A stretch of 64,000 bases of DNA, taken from Ostrea edulis. Its lineage: Eukaryota. Positions 39,053-49,562 of this stretch are shown in pieces. Where the stretch lies: positions 17,980,001-18,044,000 of the forward strand of contig NC_079170.1 in the NCBI RefSeq assembly GCF_947568905.1. Reading direction: 5' to 3'. The first letter of the stretch is position 1. Each line of letters begins with the position of its first letter. The notes beneath the pieces were generated by a model, which did no database searches, was not told the origin of the DNA, and worked only from the letters and a program-made list of their open reading frames with translations. Position numbers and translations under genes: made by a program.

Positions 39053-39128
39053 ATTCCTGTGGTGTAGTGGTTAACACGCTTGTCCCATCAGCGGGCAAGA
39101 GATCTGGGTTCGAATCCCAGTGGGTTTT
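39053..39128 (+). tRNA. tRNA-like cassette inside Dada A1 (probably not a functional tRNA)
   Basis: A box TGGTGTAGTGGT; D stem GTGT/ACGC; anticodon stem TGTCC/GGGCA with loop CATCAGC; T arm CTGGG-TTCGAAT-CCCAG; poorly paired acceptor stem; T-run follows. Confidence 0.6.
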
Positions 39129-39424
39129 TCATTCTTGACACACTATGCAAGTGATTCCAACTCCAAAGTTCAAAGTAAAAACACAAATCAGATTTTTTTA
39201 TGCATTTATATAAAGTAAGAAAAAATATGTTATGTTCACAACCATTTCATTTAAAGACAACTTATTTACAATATATACAGTCTTTCCCTCTGCTTTTCAT
39301 AAGGGCTTGGGACCTTCAAAATCTATACAATGGATTCATATAAATTTAGGCAGCATTAAAAGTTTTTTTTGGTGTTTTTTGTGTTTTTAAATTTTTTTGG
39401 TTATTTTTTAAAACATTTTGGTAT

Positions 39425-42400
39425 CTAGTTCACTGGTGGTGGGGGTTCCTCTGATGGGTCATCTGGTGCCTTCCTCTTGCGACTGGTGTATCCCCTGGCA
39501 ATCATCGCTCTCATCCACTCCTCGTAGGACTGCTCGGCGGTGGCCTGGCAGAACCAGTTGCCGAAATATTGCCTGTGTGTGGGAGCGATCTTGGCTGCCC
39601 CACACTTCCCGCACTTGTTCGGTCCGACCCTGGGAGTGGAAGTCTTAACTCTCTCCCCCTCGGCTCTCTTCTTCTCCACCTTCCTCCTGTAGCTGGCCGT
39701 AGACTTGGACGGTCGCAACGGACCTATCAGCACGACTGGGACCGTGCGCTGTTGGTACGGCTGGAGGACGACGGACGGCGGCGGGAGTCTGGTCGGTGAC
39801 GGGAGTCTGGGCGGGGATGGGAGTCTGAGCGGGGACGGCATCCTGTTGGGCGACGACGGAGGAGACCGGATCCTAGTACGTGTCTGGCCGGCAGTGTTGC
39901 GAGGCAACACGTACCTGAAGGCAGGGGCGGTCTGGGACACCAAGGTGTCTGGACGGGTCAGGGCTGGCGGGACTGGCTGGGCGGCCGTCACAGGGGGGTC
40001 CGAAATCTCAATTCCCTGGGACAGGACCTGTTCCTCTCGCTTCTTCTGCCTCCTTCTGTCCCTGTAAAACACACGACACATTAGCCTCCCTAAAGCAGGT
40101 GAACTTAGTATGACTTGGCATTAAAAGAAATGTAGCCTATACAACTTACCACAGCAGGAGAGTGGTGTTGTTGATGGCCAGGAGCTGGATAGCTGTCATG
40201 GCCATTACTCTGGGGTTGTCCAGCACCACATCGCTGATCTTGGTGTAGGATGCCAGGATCAGACTCCATCTGGTGAGGGTAGGAGAATTCTGGCGTCTCT
40301 GGGGTCCCGTGTGCAACTGCATCAGCCTCCTGATGACTGCCTCCATGTAACGGTTGGCGTCCGGAAAGTTGGCCGGTCCCGAGGCACTGCCGACGAAGGA
40401 TCTACAAAGGGAAAAGGGGGACAACATGAGTCGTGGGTCGGACAATTAAAAGAATGAATCTATGTCAAGCGTCAATTGACAAATGACAGTCACCTCTTGG
40501 TCTTCTCCTCGTTGGCTTTCACCGGTCCTTTGGCTGTCTTGGCTGCCTGGAACCTGCCCTTGGGAGGGGACTTGGTCCTGGGCTGAAACACCGTAGGTCT
40601 TTTGTCCTGGGGTTCCAGTTTCTCCCGGAGGGCAATCAAGGCATCCTCCTGACTCCGAGACAGGGTCCTGCACGACCTGAGCTCATACAAGTAGTCTGCC
40701 AGGTCCTGCACTTGCTGGAGTCCGGAGGTGGGTTCCTGCAGCCGCTCCTCCTGTAATATCAGACACAAAGAGTCATATGATGGAAACAAACTCGTACAAA
40801 CACGAGAACATGTTTAGTGCCACAGTATTGTAACTCACCTGGTTCTGCTCTTCCGGTGCCGACTCTGCCTGGGATGAGAGGGGTGGAGTTCTTTCTGGTA
40901 GGGTGGAAGGTGCAGGCTCCGGCTGGGGTGGGGTCAGATGGGGGGTCTCGGGTCGAGGTGCTGGCATTGAGGCAGCGACAAGGTTAGGCTGTCCAGTGGG
41001 CCGTGCGGCTTTTCTCGGCGACCTGACAGTACTGCGAAGTTGCCGGACAGCACTAGTGCTGGATGGTGGCGGTGCAGTACTGGATGGTGGTTGCACGAGA
41101 CCGGCCACTAGCTTCCTGGACTGCATCACTGCTGCCGCTGCCTCGATGTCAGGCTCTGGAATGGTCAGGTCTTCGACGACTACCACTTCCTCGCCGAAAC
41201 CCTCGTCCATCTCCCCGTCATCCTCCTCCAGGTCCTCGTCCTCCTCCTTGATCTCCTGGAGTGCCTTGCCCGTCTGGGAATACAGGTACTCCACCCCTAT
41301 CAGTTCTCCGGTGTGGAACCGCGGGTGCTGGAAGGCGGGGTCTAAGGGGGACCCAAGGACAGTCTGTGCCAACTGGTTGACAGCGTGGCGCAGTTCCCTC
41401 TTGGTCATCCACTCCTGCTCTCGACCTTGGATGCTGACACCCTCCTCTGCGGCCTGAGTCTGCTTTGCCTCCTTCAGGGCGGTCAGGTCCTCATCGTCCC
41501 ACTGGAAGATGCAGCCGGACAGACGACGCATGAACTGGGGGTACAGGGGGTGCGATTATTCCGTGGTACAAGCACTCGCAATCCTCCTCATGAAATGCCA
41601 GATGTCCAGCCTCACCTACAATAGAAAGCATTGCGTCCTTACCAGTTGACAATGTGTCCTCAAAACATGCATTACCTAAGGGAAACAACACCTACCTGAG
41701 TGGCGAACCACTGCTCAAACTTCTTGCCTACGTAGTTCGTGCCACAGCAGTCACGATCCACGTAGACAACCTCAGGTGGGTTGACTCTGGCCTCGCTGTA
41801 CCTCCTCTGGAGTCCGTCGAACATGGCGTCCAGTCCAGCTCCCTCTCCAGCAGTGACGACAGACATCAACACCTGTCAGGACACAAAGTTCGAACAATTA
41901 TAATGTCAACATGTAGTAATATCGGGATTACAGCAATGCAAACATGAGCGTACTCACCTGGCCGTGTTCGTTCCCCACGTTGGTGGCCCACGCGGCAGTG
42001 TCGGCAGCCGTCCCCTGCAGCTTCCTCACCACTTTCTTGGTGGAGTCCACTTTCAGGATCCTCCCGTAGACGCTGGTGATGGAAGCCTTGACTTCCTCCA
42101 GTCTGGACATCACGTCTCGACAGAAGACGGAGGAAAGCCACTGGCAGGACGGGATCTTCCGGGGCGTGGGCGGGGGAGAAAACTGGGCCACAGCCAAGAG
42201 TCCCTTCTTCTGGGCGCTGGTGAAGGCCTGGCAGTCGCTGAGGTAGTGTGCCGTCCTCCTGAGCATCTCCTCGCCGTGGAGTTCCGAGAGGTTCTGCCGG
42301 AGTCTGGCGACACTGTTCCCCAGTCCCCGCTGTCTCAGCATCTTCACCACTTCCATGTCGCAAGCCATCATTCTGGTCAAGATGCAGGGAAACTGGAGGC

Positions 42401-43851
42401 GGTGTCCCACGTCGAGCTGGCTCACTATCTCCTCGTTCCAGCTGCTCAACTTCTTCTTGCATCTGGTGCACTCCAAGTACTCAGCAGCCAGATAGTAGAA
42501 GCCAGACATGGCCAACACTCTCCGCAGGGTCCGGTAGATGCCAGAGGAAATTAGCTCCTGTTTCTGGCACTTGAAGTCCGGACAAACCAGCCTCACAGCC
42601 CACAGTCTCTTAGGCATCCATAGAAAGATGGGCCTGGCAAAGTACCTGAGAAATTCAAAGACAGAATTAGGCTACCTTTTAACACCCCAATATCACTCCA
42701 AGAACACATTTATAACATCAGAGAGTCAAAGCACCTGTCAGCAATGGGCGGCTGCGTGCACACCAATGGGGGGCTAGGGGGGTGGTACCACATGTGGTCG
42801 ATGACGTCAAAACACATCTCTGGCTTTCCCTGCTGGTTGACGCGGAAGAGGGCCTTGGAGATCCACTTCAGGTCACACGGGTCCAGGACCTGTTTCCAGG
42901 TACTGTACACCACATCTACAATGTTGTAAGACAAAATAAGGCTTGTGTTGTGATTAAGCGATAGAATAATGAGCAGATGAAATATCAAAAGCATAATAAG
43001 TAAGCTTTATATCAATAGCAAAAGCAGTAAATGGAAGGCAGGTTACACGCCAAGCGCAAGTGAGTATATAGGTATTGTGTATCATTATATAATATAGGTA
43101 CCACACCAACACACCACCAGCCGAACACCATAAACTCACCGCAGGAACCGTGCTTGTAGGAAAATAGAAATAAATTCACGAATTAAGCATGATATCGTTC
43201 TCAGATTAGAAATATTACATATGAATAACACTATCGTTTTCAAATACACAGTCTATACTTACCACCCGAGAGGATCTCCATGGTCTCGATCTCCCGTACT
43301 GCGGCAGCCAGGTCTCGGTCCTCCATCACGTCGGTCTTCAGATGAGGCTCCTGGGACGGTCGGGTCGCTGTCGCCGGCATACTTACCTTCCTCGGCTTGG
43401 CATCCTCCAGAGACTTCTCCACCCTTCGCTTCGCCTCCTTCTCCTTCAGGATCTCGTGGACCATGGGGTACATCTTCACGTACTGCAGGAGACGGAACTT
43501 GTTCTGCGACAGGGGGGTACCCTCCTCCTTCTCGCCAGCACACGCGACTGTAGCCAGTACGCCAGTAACCCACCCGAGATCATTCTCCAGGACCCACTTG
43601 AACGTCTGTCCCCGGTACTTCCCGAACTGCAGGATGTGCTGGGACAGCACATTTTTGTAATTCCTCACAGCTGCGGGACCACCGAGGACCTCCACACGTT
43701 CTCTAGCATTCCTCATAACAGTCCAGCCGTCCAGTGCGGGCTTCAAAGGAAGCATGGGCAGGCTGCTAGCTTCCTTTGGGGCCCGCAGACGAAGCTCCCC
43801 CGAGTGGATTCTGGCGAACTGGGGCTCGAAAGGATTCAGGGATCTCTCCAT
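39425..43851 (-). pseudogene. Dada transposase gene, copy A1 (multi-exon; in-frame TAA at 41558-41556 and a probable internal deletion)
   Basis: Exons with GT-AG boundaries, e.g. 42645-41958, 41872-41696, 41615-40839, 40750-40494, 40401-40150, 40061-39425. Motifs LQFGKYRGQTFKW, YFARPIFLWMP..CPDFKC..EYLECTRC, DSTKK, YVDRDCC, LDIWHFMRR, GELIGVEYLYSQTG, and C-terminal CGKC..H..C. Confidence 0.8.
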
Positions 43852-44836
43852 GATTCTAAATGTAAATGTATGTCTCAAAAATTCTCACTTTTACATTAAA
43901 TGAATCAAATGCGCGCTCATATTACTGCGCCAAAAAACAACATGGGGGGTAAGTGACACATCACATAAATGTAGACACGTTTAACCTCAAATTTCCAGTA
44001 TTTTGAATGAAACTGAGTGTGCTACTGTCGAATTTAGTTTAAAATCAACTGATTTAAGCTTAAAAACAGCTATGTTTCATACAAACTATCTGAGATTGCA
44101 GTTTTCAACCAATGTAAACAGTGTGGAGGGGTCCGGTTTCGAGCAGGTAAGTTTTCGCTTAAAATGCTTATTTAAACCCTACCTACATGGTCGTGCATTA
44201 ACGGGACAATTGTTTATGATTAACTCTGTGCATTGAAGCTAAAATTCAGCACAGTTTCACTCAAAATATCTTTAAGAAAGGTTTTTCAAAATTTCTACAC
44301 ATTGTGTGTAATGACCGGCTCCGAGCAAACAAGTTTTCACTTAAAAATCACATTTAAACGTTATCTACACGGCCATGCATTTACGAGGCAATTCTACATG
44401 ATTGATTGAATTGATTTTAGGCCAAAATCCAGATGCAAATCGGTTAGAATTTAAATTCTGGGCATTTCATCGAAGGCCGCGTCCCTTCGAATTTCCTCTA
44501 TTTACAATGTTTACAACCTCCCGTTTTGCATAAATAAGCCGATTTCTCTCTGGCTACTCGCCTCAAATTAATGAAACTCATCGTGCTGAATCTTTTGATA
44601 CCAAATTCGACTTCAAACTCCCGATAAAACTCTAGTAAAGTCGATTTTTGTATTTTTCTATATAATCTACTACTTACCAAAATGGCGGTCGTCCCAATTT
44701 AGAATCTAAACGCGGCGCTCTGATTGGACGGAAGCCCAGAATTGGAACCAAGAATTGGAACTTTTGGGACAGAATTGGAACCATTCTGGGCATCTGATTG
44801 GTCCAGAAATTGGAATCTCACCACGAAGATTGCGGA

Positions 44837-44849
44837 GCAAGGATGACAC
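44837..44849 (+). ncRNA. RNU6: U6 middle fragment (about nt 67-79) between Dada A and Dada B
   Basis: GCAAGGATGACAC is an exact U6 segment. Confidence 0.75.
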
Positions 44850-47700
44850 TACTACAATCTTCGTGGTAAGCGTTCCAATTCCTGCAGCAAGAAGAGAGGA
44901 GAGAGAGAGGAAAAAGAGAGAAAAGAGGGAGAAAGGAAGGGAATTTCAGGGCCGACTTTTCGGCCCCTATTTCTAGGATATTTACTCTCACATTTCCTTC
45001 AATTTGCCTTTAATATGAGCTCATTTTTTAATATTTAGAAGCTATTTTCAGCGCTTAGAATTTCAAGATGATCAGGGAGACTCATTTCTTTCCCCTTTAT
45101 GTTAATTTTTAAGGGTTTTCTGCAAGTCTTTTTTCATTTTCTCCTAAATGTAACTCACTTCAAGGCTAATTTTGCCTCCTTTTTCAGCATTTACATTTAA
45201 ATAGCCTTTCAAATCCTTGTATTTTGTGTCATGGTCAATTCCTGTGGTGTAGTGGTTAACACGCTTGTCCCATCAGTGGGCAAGAGATCTGGGTTCGAAT
45301 CCCAGTGGGTTTTCTTTCTTGACACATTATGCAAGTGATTCCAACTCCAAATTTCAAGGAACAACAACAATCTGGTTTTATATGGATTGATATAAAGTAG
45401 AAAACAGCATTTTACATCGATACCAAAGAGCGGCAACACACAGAATACAAATACACTAGATATACAGCCTTTGTTAACTGTAAAATTGGACAAATAATAG
45501 AGCGGACAAATAAAACATTAAAATAAAGTCATTTACAATACATATCAAGCTTTCCCTCTGCTTTTATGAAGGGCTTGGGACCTTCTAAATTTATACCAAT
45601 GAATTCATATAAATTTAGGCAGCATTAAAAGCTTGTATAGTATTGTTGCTTCTTTTGTAGGTTCTGAATCTTTTTCAGGCCCTCTCTGTCTCACTGGAAG
45701 ATACAGCTGGACAGACAGCGCCTGGACTAGGGGTACATGGGGGTGTGAATGAGTTTTACAAGCACTGGAATCCTCCTCAGGAAGTGCCTTGCCTACAATG
45801 GAGAGAGAGTCATAGTTTTACTGGTTTACAGTACATCCTTAAAATTATATTTATAAATAAAGTTAATTGAATGAAGCTTGGTAAAATTTACAGTGAATAT
45901 AAAGAAATCAGATTCATGTAGTTCATTATAATTTATTTTTAATGTAATTCGTTACTAATGCAAAGTAACTGTAATTTAATCGATAACTTTTATAAATAAA
46001 GGTAATGGTGATTGTAATGGAAAAATTCCAATGTAATTGTAATTTAATGTATCACATTTCTAAATAATTGACCCCCAGCTTTGACAACACCATTTACCTC
46101 AATGGCAGCCCATCCCACAAACTTTTTGGGTACATACTGGGGACCACAACAGTCGCAGTCTATGTAGATAACCTTGAGTGGGTTGATGCTGGTGTCCAGT
46201 GATCATGGCAGCCAGTCTGATTCAGACATCAGCACCTCTCACGACATGAAATTAGAGTCGATGTACAGCCAAGTACAGTGAAATTTTATGGATAATGCAT
46301 TACAAACATGACATGTCCTCACCTGACTATGCTCAGTCCCCAAGTATCTTAACTACTTCCAGGTTGCAGCTAATGGCAGTCTCACGGTCCACAGTCTCTT
46401 GACACCCACAGAAAGATGAGCCTGGTCAAGCAGGTAAACCTACACCATAATCACACCACAGAAAGGATGCTTGTAGGAAAAGAAAAATAAAGTTGTGAAT
46501 TAAGCATGATATCGCTGTCTCGGCTACTGGCATACTTACCTTTTTTCCTCTTGGCTTCCTCCAGAGACTTTTTGGCCCTACGTTTGCCTCCTTTTCCTTC
46601 AGAATCTTGTATGCCAGTACAGTGGGGGCTTCAAAAGAGGCATGGGCAGCTGCTAGCCTCCTTAGAGACCCTCACACGAAGCTCCCCTGAGTGAATGATG
46701 GCAAACCGGGGATCGAAAGGGTTCTGGAATCTATGCATGACACTAAATGTAAATGTATGTCTCAGAATTCTCATTTTTACATTCAATGAATCAAGTGCGT
46801 GCTCATATCACTGCGCCAACAAAACAACATGGGGGGTAAGTGACACATCACATAAATGTAGACACGTTTAACCTAAAATTTCCAGTATTTTGAATGAAAC
46901 TGAGTGTGCTAATGTCGAATTTAGTTTAAAAGCAACTGATTTAAGCTTTAAAACAGCTGGGTTTCATACAAAATATCTGAGATTGCAGTTTTCAACCAAT
47001 GTAAACAATGTTGAGAGGACAGGATTCGAGCAGGTCAGTTTTCACTTAAAATACTTATTAAAACCCTATCTGCATGACCGTGCATTTACGGGACAATTAT
47101 TCATGATTAAATCTGTGCTTTAAAGCTGAAAATCAACACAGTTTCACTCAATATATCTTTGAGACACGTTTTTCAAATTTGTACACATTGTGTCAAAATA
47201 ACCGGCTCCGAGCAAACAGGTTTTCACTTAAAAATCACATTTAAACGTTATCTACACGGCCGTGCGTTTACGAGGCAATTGTACATGATTGATTGAATTG
47301 ATTTTAGGCCAAAATCCAGATGCAAATCGGTTAGAATTTAAATTCTGGGCATTTCATCGAAGACCGCGTCCCCTCGAATTTCCTCTATTTACAATGTTTA
47401 CAACCTCCCGTTTTGCATAAATAAGCCGATTTCTCTCTGGCTACCCGCCTCAAATCAATGAAACTCATCGTGCTGAATCTTTTGATACCAAATTTGACTT
47501 CAAACTCCCGATAAAACTCTAGTAAAGTCGATTTTTATATTTTTCTATATAATCAACTACTTACCAAAATGGCGGTCGTCCCAATTTAGAATCTGAACGC
47601 GGCGCTCTGATTGGACGGAAGCCCAGAATTGGAACCAAGAATTGGAACTTTTGGGACAGAATTGGAACCATTCTGGGCATCTGATTGGTCCAGAAATTGG
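44850..47700 (-). mobile_element. Dada element B1: diverged, heavily deleted non-autonomous relative of A
   Basis: Both terminal regions align with A (44855-45630 with ~38675-39360; 46780-47700 with ~43900-44812). It retains only fragments of transposase exons (~45700-45780, 46100-46450, 46500-46740) and carries an ATTAC-type hAT MITE remnant near 45940-46083. Confidence 0.8.
45238..45313 (+). tRNA. tRNA-like cassette inside Dada B1
   Basis: Same cassette as 39053-39128; loop CATCAGT. Confidence 0.6.
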
Positions 47701-47727
47701 TCGTGAAGCGTTCCATATTTTTTTTTT
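47701..47727 (+). ncRNA. RNU6: U6 snRNA 3' end with oligo-T terminator
   Basis: TCGTGAAGCGTTCCATATTTTTTTT is the canonical U6 3' end. Confidence 0.9.
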
Positions 47728-47751
47728 CTTATTTAAAAAAAAAAAAAAAAA

Positions 47752-47822
47752 ATCCCCCCCTCCCCCGGGAGGATTCGAACCTGCCGCACACTGCTGTGCG
47801 CGGAGAACATTGCCCTAGTGAA
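47752..47822 (-). other. Degenerate tRNA-like / B-box element convergent with U6
   Basis: The minus strand reads ..GCGCACAGCAGTGTGCGGCAGGTTCGAATCCTCCCGG.. followed by a long T run; no clear A box or acceptor stem. Confidence 0.4.
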
Positions 47823-48103
47823 TTCTCTTTCTTGTAACTAAAGAAATTAACAGTAATAATCATATATTTCATGTCTTTTCCAAAGAAAAATTCAAGCAAC
47901 CGAACGTTGGCTGTGGGAATTCGAACGTTCACAGTACGTCACAGTTAGAAAAACGGAGCGTTTGACAGAAAGGCGTGCGATGCGTGCTTGCAGTGTGTGA
48001 ATTTCGCTTAGGGTTGAAGAGTCGCACAGGAGCAAGTAATCTGTGAGGGGCGATGTCATTTGGGGTATGTCCGTGTAGTAGAATGTATAATGGTGATGTC
48101 TAA

Positions 48104-48124
48104 AATTTCTTAAACACTTCATTT
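48104..48124 (+). promoter_or_regulatory. Candidate PSE of the U1 gene
   Basis: AATTTCTTAAACACTTCATTT at about -69 to -49, similar to the motif at -73 to -53 of U6. Confidence 0.45.
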
Positions 48125-48172
48125 TTGTAAGGCGGCATAGAATGAAATTGTCAAGTTCAACACAGCCAAGTC

Positions 48173-48337
48173 ATACTTACCTGGTGCAGAGGGCACCCTG
48201 ATCCCCAAGGGGGTCCCTCCAGGGCGAGGCCTTTCTATTGCACTTCAGATCGGCTGAACCTTGCGATCGCCCCAAATGCGGGCGACTCGGGCACGTAATT
48301 TTTAAGTGTGGGGGTCTGCGTTCGCGCTAACCCCTGG
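48173..48337 (+). ncRNA. RNU1: U1 snRNA gene (variant)
   Basis: ATACTTACCTGG 5' end; stem-loop II loop ATTGCACT; Sm-like AATTTTTA; terminal TGCGTTCGCGC..CCCCTG; about 165 nt. Confidence 0.92.
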
Positions 48338-49562
48338 ATATGCTCAATTGAAATTCAGATTGCACACATTGACCATAGAATTTTTCTTCAAATTAATTTT
48401 TATTGCTTGTAAATATCATCACATGTTTTTATTTCTAGTCATATACATTTGAAATTGGGTTTCATCAGAGTAGTTTTTAGATCATTAAGTATGCGCACTT
48501 TCTCCATGTATTTTCCCGCAGTTTGTCACTACATTTCGCTGATTATTGTGGTATTGTTAAATGTTACTGTCACATTATAATTTAATTGTTTTCCGTCACA
48601 CAGATATCTGTATTTCGCTGATATAAATTTGCAACAGGCCAATATATTTAAAATTTATTCCAAATCTTTTAAACCCAATTCAGTCCATTTTTACATTTTA
48701 CTGCATGGAACCAAATATCGGAGTTACTCCCCTTTAACTGTGACCCTGTGTGCCTATTGTGACGTCGTATTCATGACAACGGATGTTGTGGAGATTGCCG
48801 AAACGTGTGGATTCATTTCTCTTCCCTGTTATTTTTCTTTTCTTCATGTTGTGAATTTCTTTTCGAAAAGCGCGTGCCATCGGGGTTTCTTGTGGCATTA
48901 TTCGATATTTTTTAAAAGAAGAAAGTGGACATGTAACAGTGAGAACAGAACAGAAAATGATAGGATAAAACAACACAAACACAAAAATAAGGTCAGTTTT
49001 ATTTTTACTGCAATTCAATTCAGTTTTTAGCAACGTATAACATGGTGTTTATACACTCTGTCGCATTGACTTATCATCCCGCGCGTTGTCCGGCAGGTAT
49101 ATTACATCGTTAGTTTTACTGCCCTCCAATTACACCCTCCGCAGCGAGTTTGTACTTAGAAAAAATCCTGGGAGAGAGAAATACCTCCGGTTGCTTTAGT
49201 ATGTGACTTGTTGGTGTTAAACTTGTGGTTATTTTAAACTTACTGGAACATATAGTTGTAAATGTTTAAAGCACGCACTTAGAAGTATAACCCTGGACTC
49301 GTGTTTCTTATGGTATCAATCTAAACGCCGATCATGGGCTTGTGTTTCTTGTGGTATTAATTTAAACACCAACCATGGACATATATTATACTGGGTTTGA
49401 CAAAAGTCTAAGTCCCATGTTTCTTGCGATATCTTTTATATGCGACTTGTAGTTGTTAAAGTCGTCTTTATTTTAAACCTACTGGGCCATATAGTCTCGT
49501 TAAAATTGTCACGTATTACTTCAACCGCCAACCTTAGTGTTGTGACGTAACGGATTAGTCTA

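Larger units (their letters stand above)
38658..44836 (-). mobile_element. Dada-type U6-targeting DNA transposon, copy A1
   Basis: Sits between U6 nt ~64 and U6 nt ~67-79; multi-exon transposase-like gene; imperfect 27-28-bp inverted repeats at 38673-38700 and 44808-44834. The Dada superfamily is known to target U6, U1 and tRNA genes, including in oyster. Confidence 0.8.

Noticed and set aside
39053-39128. tRNA-Sec or opal suppressor tRNA, because the loop centre is TCA
   Set aside because: No long variable arm or extended acceptor stem, A at position 33, and a broken acceptor stem; reported only as tRNA-like.
39418-43899. Many overlapping plus-strand and alternate-frame ORFs (e.g. 40903-41457, 41964-42554, 43342-43899, and unit 2 equivalents)
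   Set aside because: Shadow ORFs of the GC-rich minus-strand transposase exons; no motifs.
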